Source: Myxococcota bacterium
GTDB taxonomy: Bacteria; Myxococcota; XYA12-FULL-58-9; JALHOP01
Assembly (NCBI GenBank): GCA_041288095.1
Contig: JBGGMJ010000166.1
Span: forward strand, 1-31,482
DNA: 31,482 bases
Reading direction: 5' to 3'
Both the position numbers and the translations under genes were made by a program. How positions within the stretch are numbered: the first letter of the stretch is position 1; each line of letters opens with the position of its first letter. The notes under the pieces were generated by a model that made no database searches, was not told where the DNA came from, and saw only the letters and a program-made list of their open reading frames with translations. This document shows, piece by piece, positions 25,890 to 31,482 of the stretch.

Positions 25890-26749
25890 GCTACCGCTCG
25901 GTCTTCGCTCCCAATCTCTTCCAGGGTCAGGTCGTCATCATCACCGGCGGCGGCAGCGGCATCGGGCGTTGCACGGCGCACGAGCTCGCCGCCCTCGGGG
26001 CGAAGGTCGTGCTTGTCGGACGTGACGCCAAGAAGCTCGAGGGAGTGCGGCGGGAGATCGAAAGCGACGGCGGCGTCTGCGACAGCGAAGCCTTCGACAT
26101 CCGCGAGGAGCCGAACGTTCAAGCCGCTATCGCGAACATCCTGCGGCGTTGCGGCCGCATCGATGGCCTCGTGAACAACGCCGGCGGCCAGTTCGCGTCA
26201 CCCGCCGCGGCGATCGGCGCCAAGGGATTCGACGCGGTGGTGCGCACCAACCTCACCGGCGGCTTCCTCATGGCGCGCGAGTGCTTCACCCAGTGGATGG
26301 GCGAGCACGGTGGTGCCATCGTCAACATCGTCGCCGACATGTGGAACGGCATGCCCGGCATGGCGCACTCCGGCGCGGCGCGGGCCGGCATGGTGAACCT
26401 CACGGAGACCACGGCGTCGGAGTGGGGCGCCTTCAACGTGCGCGTCAACGCGGTAGCGCCGGGCTGGGTCGCCTCGTCGGGCCTCGATCGTTATCCGCCG
26501 GAGATGCGCGGCATCGTGCGCGGTCTGAAGGACAACGTGCCGCTGGGCAGGCTCGCGACCGAGGCCGAGATCTCGGCGGCCATCGTGTTTCTTTTGTCGC
26601 CAGCCGCGGCTTTCATCTCGGGTACGACGCTGCGGGTCGACGGAGCTGCTCCCAATTTCAAGAGCCACTGGCCACGCATGGAGCGCAGGACGCCGGCGCC
26701 GGTGTTCGACGGCTTCCACCGCTCGGTTACGCCAGAGGTCCTGAAGTGA
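25886..26749 (+). CDS. atuB: SDR oxidoreductase, AtuB (citronellol/citronellal dehydrogenase)/trans-2-enoyl-CoA reductase-like
   Basis: SVFAPNLFQGQVVIITGGGSGIGRCTAHELAALGA, VNNAGGQF, GMAHSGAARAG, FDGFHR C-terminus typical of AtuB-like proteins; GTGA overlap. Confidence 0.85.
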   Translation: MSYRSVFAPNLFQGQVVIITGGGSGIGRCTAHELAALGAKVVLVGRDAKKLEGVRREIESDGGVCDSEAFDIREEPNVQAAIANILRRCGRIDGLVNNAGGQFASPAAAIGAKGFDAVVRTNLTGGFLMARECFTQWMGEHGGAIVNIVADMWNGMPGMAHSGAARAGMVNLTETTASEWGAFNVRVNAVAPGWVASSGLDRYPPEMRGIVRGLKDNVPLGRLATEAEISAAIVFLLSPAAAFISGTTLRVDGAAPNFKSHWPRMERRTPAPVFDGFHRSVTPEVLK

Positions 26750-27609
26750 CCAAGGCCGTCATCACGTGCGCGCTCAACGGGGTGCTTACCGATCCGAAGG
26801 AGCACCCGGTGCCGGTGACGCCTGCCGAAATGGCTTCGGCCGCGAAGCGCGCCTACGACGCGGGCGCCGCTATCGTGCACATCCACTATCGGGAGCAGAC
26901 GGCGGGCAAGGCCCCCTCGTGGGACCCAGCAGTCGCAGCCGCCATCGCGGATGCCATTCGCGCGGCGTGTCCCGGCATCATCATCAACTCGACCTCGGGT
27001 GTCATAGGCGCCGACGTCAGTGGTCCGCTCGCGTGCCTCAGGGCCGTGCGGCCGGAGATCGCCGCCGCCAACGCCGGCACCCTCAACTATTTGAAGGCGA
27101 AGAAAGACGGGACCTGGGCCTGGCGCCCCATGGTCTTCGACAACCCGGTCGAGAAGCTGACGCAATATCTCGAGGTCATCCACGCCATCGCCGCGGTGCC
27201 AGAGCTCGAGTGCTTCGATGTCGGCATCGTGCGTTCGGTGGGCCTCTATAAAGACGTCGGTATGCTGAAGCGGACACCTCAGTACAACTTCGTCATGGGC
27301 GTCGCCTCGGGTATGCCCGCCGACGTCGAGCTCTTGCCGCTGCTCTTGCGCTACATCGTCCCGGGCTCACCGTGGCAGGCAACCTGTATCGGTCGCGCCG
27401 AGATCTGGCCGGTGCATCGCCGCGCCGCCGAGCTCGGCGGGCATCTGCGCAGCGGCCTCGAGGACACCTTCTATTTGCCCGGTGGTGAGCGTGCCGTGGA
27501 CAACGCGCAAACAGTCGAGGCCCTGGCGCGCATCGCCCGCGAAGTGGGCCGTGACGTCGCGTCGCCCGCCGAGGCGCGCGAGATGCTGGGGCTTTCTCCG
27601 CCTAGCTAG
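26746..27609 (+). CDS. Beta-keto acid cleavage enzyme (BKACE/DUF849, Kce family)
   Basis: GTG 26746 overlapping the SDR stop; KAVITCALNG, PVTPAEM, AGAAIVHIH, PELECFD, GGHLRSGLED, GRDVASPAEAREMLGL. Confidence 0.92.
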   Translation: MTKAVITCALNGVLTDPKEHPVPVTPAEMASAAKRAYDAGAAIVHIHYREQTAGKAPSWDPAVAAAIADAIRAACPGIIINSTSGVIGADVSGPLACLRAVRPEIAAANAGTLNYLKAKKDGTWAWRPMVFDNPVEKLTQYLEVIHAIAAVPELECFDVGIVRSVGLYKDVGMLKRTPQYNFVMGVASGMPADVELLPLLLRYIVPGSPWQATCIGRAEIWPVHRRAAELGGHLRSGLEDTFYLPGGERAVDNAQTVEALARIAREVGRDVASPAEAREMLGLSPPS

Positions 27610-27611
27610 CG

Positions 27612-27617
27612 TATTCT
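27612..27617 (+). promoter_or_regulatory. Putative -10 box (TATTCT) 7 nt upstream of the ilvA ATG, leaderless-type
   Basis: TATTCT-gtccgcc-ATG in a 15-nt intergenic gap with no SD. Confidence 0.45.
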
Positions 27618-27624
27618 GTCCGCC

Positions 27625-29130
27625 ATGGGCGGCGAAACGCTGGAAGGCTATTTGAAGCGCGCACTCTTGTCGCGCGTTTACGATGTGGCGCGTGAGACGG
27701 CTCTCGAGCTCGCGCATCGACTCTCTGCCCGCTTTGGCGGACAGGTTTGGCTCAAACGCGAAGACGAGCAGCCGGTCTTTTCGTTCAAGATCCGCGGGGC
27801 CTACAACAAGATGTCGCGCTTGTCGGCCGAGGCCCGCGACCGGGGCGTCATCGCCGCGTCCGCCGGCAATCACGCGCAAGGCGTCGCGTTGTCGGCACGT
27901 CATCTTGGCTGCCGCGCCGTCATCGTCATGCCGCGCACCACTCCGAGCATCAAGGTCGATGCGGTGCGTGGCTTGGGCGGTGATGTCGATTTACACGGTG
28001 ACGACTACGACACCGCGGCGCGCCACGCGCTGCAACGCGCGAGCGCCGAGGGCCTCACCTACGTGCATCCCTACGATGATCCGGATGTCATCGCGGGACA
28101 GGCAACCGTGGGAGTCGAGATCCTCCGGCAACACACCGGCAAGCTCGACGCCATCTTCGTCGCGGTCGGCGGCGGCGGCCTCATAGCGGGTGTCGGCGCG
28201 GTGGTGAAGAGCTTGCGGCCCGAAGTGAAAGTCATCGCCGTCGAGCCCGAGGACTCGGCCGCGATGACGGAATCGTTGCGTCGTGGCGAGCGCGTCACGC
28301 TCGAGCGGGTCGGACGCTTCGCCGATGGCGTGGCCGTGCGCTGCCCGGGCGAAGAGACCTTCCGTATCGCCCGCCAGGTCGTCGACGACTGTGTCGTGGT
28401 GTCGAACGACGCGATCTGCGCCGCCATCAAGGATGCCTTCGAGGACCGGCGCGCCGTGCTCGAGCCGGCGGGCGCCTTGGCTCTCGCGGGTCTCAAGAGC
28501 TACGCCGAGACGCGCGGAGCCGGGGTCTACGTGGCCATCGCCTGCGGCGCGAACCTCAACTTCGACTCACTTCGCCATGTGAGCGAGCGCGCCGAGATTG
28601 GTGAGCGTCGCGAGGTGATCTTGGCGGTCACCATTCCGGAGGAACCCGGCTCGTTCCGCCGCTTCTGCGGAGTGCTCGGCGCGCGTCCCGTAACCGAGTT
28701 CAACTATCGCTATGGTGGCGGGCGCGATGCACGCGTCTTCGTGGGCGTCAAAGTCGACGACAGTGCCCCAGTGCAGGCCGCGTTACGCGCCGCTGGTTAC
28801 GACGTCGTCGATCTCACCGACAACGAGATGGCGAAGCTCCACGTTCGCCACATGGTCGGCGGACGTGCCGATGCCGCCGACGAGCGGCTGGTTGCCTTCG
28901 AGTTTCCCGAGCGCAGCGGCGCGCTGGTCGACTTCCTCGAGGCTATGCACCACCCGTGGAACATCAGCTTGTTCCACTATCGCAATCACGGCTCCGATGT
29001 CGGGCGCGTGCTCGCCGGGATTCAAGTGCCGGGCAGCGACGCCAGCGAGTTCGCGGCTTTCCTGACGCGCTTGGGCTACGCCTCCGCCGAGGTCACGGAC
29101 GATCCCGCCTGCCGCATGTTCCTGCGCTAG
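27625..29130 (+). CDS. ilvA: Threonine ammonia-lyase, biosynthetic (with two C-terminal regulatory domains)
   Basis: LKREDEQPVFSFKIRGAYN (PLP Lys), SAGNHAQG, VGGGGL, GANLNF, IPEEPGSF, FEFPERSGAL, NISLFHYRNHG. Confidence 0.97.
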   Translation: MGGETLEGYLKRALLSRVYDVARETALELAHRLSARFGGQVWLKREDEQPVFSFKIRGAYNKMSRLSAEARDRGVIAASAGNHAQGVALSARHLGCRAVIVMPRTTPSIKVDAVRGLGGDVDLHGDDYDTAARHALQRASAEGLTYVHPYDDPDVIAGQATVGVEILRQHTGKLDAIFVAVGGGGLIAGVGAVVKSLRPEVKVIAVEPEDSAAMTESLRRGERVTLERVGRFADGVAVRCPGEETFRIARQVVDDCVVVSNDAICAAIKDAFEDRRAVLEPAGALALAGLKSYAETRGAGVYVAIACGANLNFDSLRHVSERAEIGERREVILAVTIPEEPGSFRRFCGVLGARPVTEFNYRYGGGRDARVFVGVKVDDSAPVQAALRAAGYDVVDLTDNEMAKLHVRHMVGGRADAADERLVAFEFPERSGALVDFLEAMHHPWNISLFHYRNHGSDVGRVLAGIQVPGSDASEFAAFLTRLGYASAEVTDDPACRMFLR

Positions 29131-30038
29131 CGCGGTTTGAAGGGGTCGGGGGGCAACGGGATGCGCTCTGTCTCGCCGGCGACCTTGGCGAAGCGCTCGG
29201 CGCGCCAGTCCTCCGCCGCCTGCTGGATGCGCTCGGGACTCGACGACACGAAGTTCCAGTAGATGTGCCGCTTCTCGCCGAGCGGCTCACCGCCGACGAC
29301 GATCAGACGCGCCTCGCCCGTGGCACGCAGCACGACTTCGGCGCCCGGGCGCATGACGACGAGCTGGTTGGTGTCGAACGTTCCCTCCTGGCCCTCCACC
29401 TGGACCGCGCCTTGGATGACGTAGACGGCGCGCTCGATGTGCTCGGGTGGTACGCGGTAGCGGGCACCGGCCCGCAGCTCGACATCGACGTACAGGGTGT
29501 CGCTGAACACCGTGACCGGTGAGCGCATGCCCTCGGCGGTGCCGGCGACGACGCGGAGCTTCGTGCCATCCGCTTCGGCGGACGGAATGGATCCGGCCGT
29601 ATAGTGAACGAAGCTCGGCGCGATTTCTTCCGAGGCCTTCGGAAGAGCGAGCCAGGTCTGTACCCCGAAGAGGGTATGGCCGGCGGCGCGCGTGTCCGGC
29701 GCCGTTCGCTCGGAGTGCACGATGCCGGAGCCCGCGATCATCCAGTTCACCGCGCCCGGGCGGATCGCCTGCGCCGAGCCGACGCTGTCGCGGTGCATGA
29801 TCTCGCCTTGCAACAGGTAGGTCAGCGTCGCCAGGCCGATGTGCGGGTGCGGCCGGACATCGAGGCCACGGCCGGCGTCGAAGACGACCTCGCCCATCTG
29901 ATCGAAGAACACGAAGGGCCCGACCATGCGCCGTTGCGCTGACGGGAGCGCCCGCCGTACCTTGAAGCCGTCACCCAGGTCGCGGGTTGGCGGCACGATG
30001 ACCATCTCGACTCCGGCTGCGGATGTGGCGAAGCTCAT
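29127..30038 (-). CDS. Pirin-family protein
   Basis: VRRALPS..RRMVGPFVFFDQMG, VRPHPHIGLATLTYL, HRDS, NWMIAGSGIVHSER, WNFVSS. ATG 30038 preferred, after AAGAAGGGG. Confidence 0.94.
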   Translation of the reverse strand: MSFATSAAGVEMVIVPPTRDLGDGFKVRRALPSAQRRMVGPFVFFDQMGEVVFDAGRGLDVRPHPHIGLATLTYLLQGEIMHRDSVGSAQAIRPGAVNWMIAGSGIVHSERTAPDTRAAGHTLFGVQTWLALPKASEEIAPSFVHYTAGSIPSAEADGTKLRVVAGTAEGMRSPVTVFSDTLYVDVELRAGARYRVPPEHIERAVYVIQGAVQVEGQEGTFDTNQLVVMRPGAEVVLRATGEARLIVVGGEPLGEKRHIYWNFVSSSPERIQQAAEDWRAERFAKVAGETERIPLPPDPFKPR

Positions 30039-30089
30039 GCCCCTTCTTACCCTTGCCGAGCCTGGCCCACACGTCATAGAGGCCGATCG

Positions 30090-31460
30090 ATGACCGACAA
30101 GAAGACGACGTTGTGGGGTGGCGCTTCCGTGATGCATCCGGCGCTAGCCGCGCTGTCGGAATCGCTGGCGCAAGACCTGCCGCTCGCCGACGCCGACCTG
30201 CGCGCCTCGGCGGCGTACGCGCGCGGCCTTGCCCGCTGCGGCGTACTCACCAAGGACGAAGGCGAGACGCTGGCGAACGGCCTAGTGGCGCTGCGGCAAG
30301 AGCTCGCCGACGGCAAGTGGTTGCCAACCGAGGTCGAGGACATCCACGCCGCCATCGAGAGCGAGCTCACCAAGCGTCACGGCGACGTCGGCGCGAAGCT
30401 CCACACCGGCCGTAGCCGCAATGACCAAGTCGCGACCGCGTTCCGCTTGGCCGCCCGCGAGCGCGTCGACGGGCTCATCGCCGGCATCAAGGCGGTGCAG
30501 ACCGCGCTGGTGTCGCGCGCCGAAGACGAGATCGACACCCTGATGCCTTCGTACACGCACATGCAACGGGCGCAACCGATTCGCCTCGCGCATTGGCTGA
30601 TGGCGCATTTCTTCATGCTCGAGCGTGACGTCGAGCGCATGCGGAACGCGCGGGCCATGGCCAACATCTTGCCGCTTGGCTCCGGCGCGGTGAGCGGCCA
30701 CCCGTTCGCGATCGACCGTGCCTGGCTCGCCCAGGAGCTCGGCTTCGCCCGCCCGACCGACAACAGCCTCGATGCCGTCGGCGACCGCGACTACGTCTGC
30801 GACGTCATCTACGCTTGCAGCATGGCGGCGCTGCACCTGTCGCGCCTCGCGGAAGAGATGGTGGTGTGGAGCACCGCCGAGTTTGGCTTCTTGCGCTGGC
30901 CCGATGCTCTCGCCACCGGCTCGTCGCTCATGCCGAACAAGAAGAACCCCGATCTCGCGGAGCTCGTGCGTGGCCAGGCGGGTCCGATGTTGGGCGACCT
31001 CACCAGCATCCTGGTGCTCGTGAAAGGGCTGCCGGTGAGCTATCAGCGCGATCTGCAAGAGGACAAACCGCCGCTATGGCGGGCAACCAGCCGCCTGGCG
31101 ACGAGCCTCCAGGCCATGGAAGCGGCCTGTCTGCACGTGGAGTTCGAGCGCCAGCGCATGACGTCCGCTTTATCGGACGACGTGCTCGCGACCGAGGTCG
31201 CCGACCGCATGGTGGCGCGCGGCATCCCTTTCCGCAAAGCGCATCACGCGGTGGCGGCGGTGATGGGCCGCGTGCGTGACGGCAAGGACGACTTCAAGTC
31301 CCTGGCGAAGGCAAAGGACCTTCCCGAGCCGCTCATCCAGGCGGATTTCGCGAACCTCGACATGCTGGCGGCCATCGAGCGGCGCACGGCCGTCGGGGGG
31401 ACCGCGAAGAGCGCGGTTCAGGCGCAGATCGAGCGGGCGCGGGCACTGCTCAAGGGGTAG
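30090..31460 (+). CDS. argH: Argininosuccinate lyase
   Basis: LWGG, EDIH, LHTGRSRNDQ, YTHMQRAQP, GSSLMPNKKNPD, YQRDLQEDK, GIPFRKAH. Confidence 0.96.
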   Translation: MTDKKTTLWGGASVMHPALAALSESLAQDLPLADADLRASAAYARGLARCGVLTKDEGETLANGLVALRQELADGKWLPTEVEDIHAAIESELTKRHGDVGAKLHTGRSRNDQVATAFRLAARERVDGLIAGIKAVQTALVSRAEDEIDTLMPSYTHMQRAQPIRLAHWLMAHFFMLERDVERMRNARAMANILPLGSGAVSGHPFAIDRAWLAQELGFARPTDNSLDAVGDRDYVCDVIYACSMAALHLSRLAEEMVVWSTAEFGFLRWPDALATGSSLMPNKKNPDLAELVRGQAGPMLGDLTSILVLVKGLPVSYQRDLQEDKPPLWRATSRLATSLQAMEAACLHVEFERQRMTSALSDDVLATEVADRMVARGIPFRKAHHAVAAVMGRVRDGKDDFKSLAKAKDLPEPLIQADFANLDMLAAIERRTAVGGTAKSAVQAQIERARALLKG

Positions 31461-31482
31461 GGACTCGCGGCTCGTCAGATTC

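Noticed and set aside
26149..26745. Apparent N-terminal extension of BKACE (486-aa ORF)
   Set aside because: Arg-rich off-frame sequence inside the SDR gene; family homology starts at GTG 26746.

Overview
High-GC, very gene-dense bacterial chromosomal segment, most consistent with a Myxococcota/deltaproteobacterial genome (Myxo-CTERM-like tails, DUF1844, DUF1592-DUF1552 pair, TM-FecR-TPR anti-sigma architecture); the taxonomy is inference. About 27 CDS and no rRNA, tRNA, CRISPR or transposase that I could see. Housekeeping and stress genes (elaA-like GNAT, degP, opgG, alkC, clpB, ilvA, pirin, argH) and an atuC/atuF/atuB-like carboxylase-SDR-BKACE catabolic operon flank a ~8.6 kb accessory block at 13731-22369. 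That block holds a DUF1592 heme-c lipoprotein, a Tat-exported DUF1552 protein, a putative outer-membrane protein, an ECF sigma factor, two paralogous FecR-like anti-sigma factors, a 7-bladed propeller lipoprotein and a PA14 surface protein. The best unexplained signal is a bipartite motif GAAA(CTTTC)-N10-CGCATG at identical spacing before three genes of this block, including the sigma gene itself. It suggests a self-contained ECF regulon and cell-surface signalling system with no TonB-dependent receptor in the block. Also notable are a sharp G-rich to C-rich strand-composition flip at the block's left edge and recurrent TAnnnT-N7/8-ATG leaderless-type promoters. All family calls come from motif recognition, not database searches.
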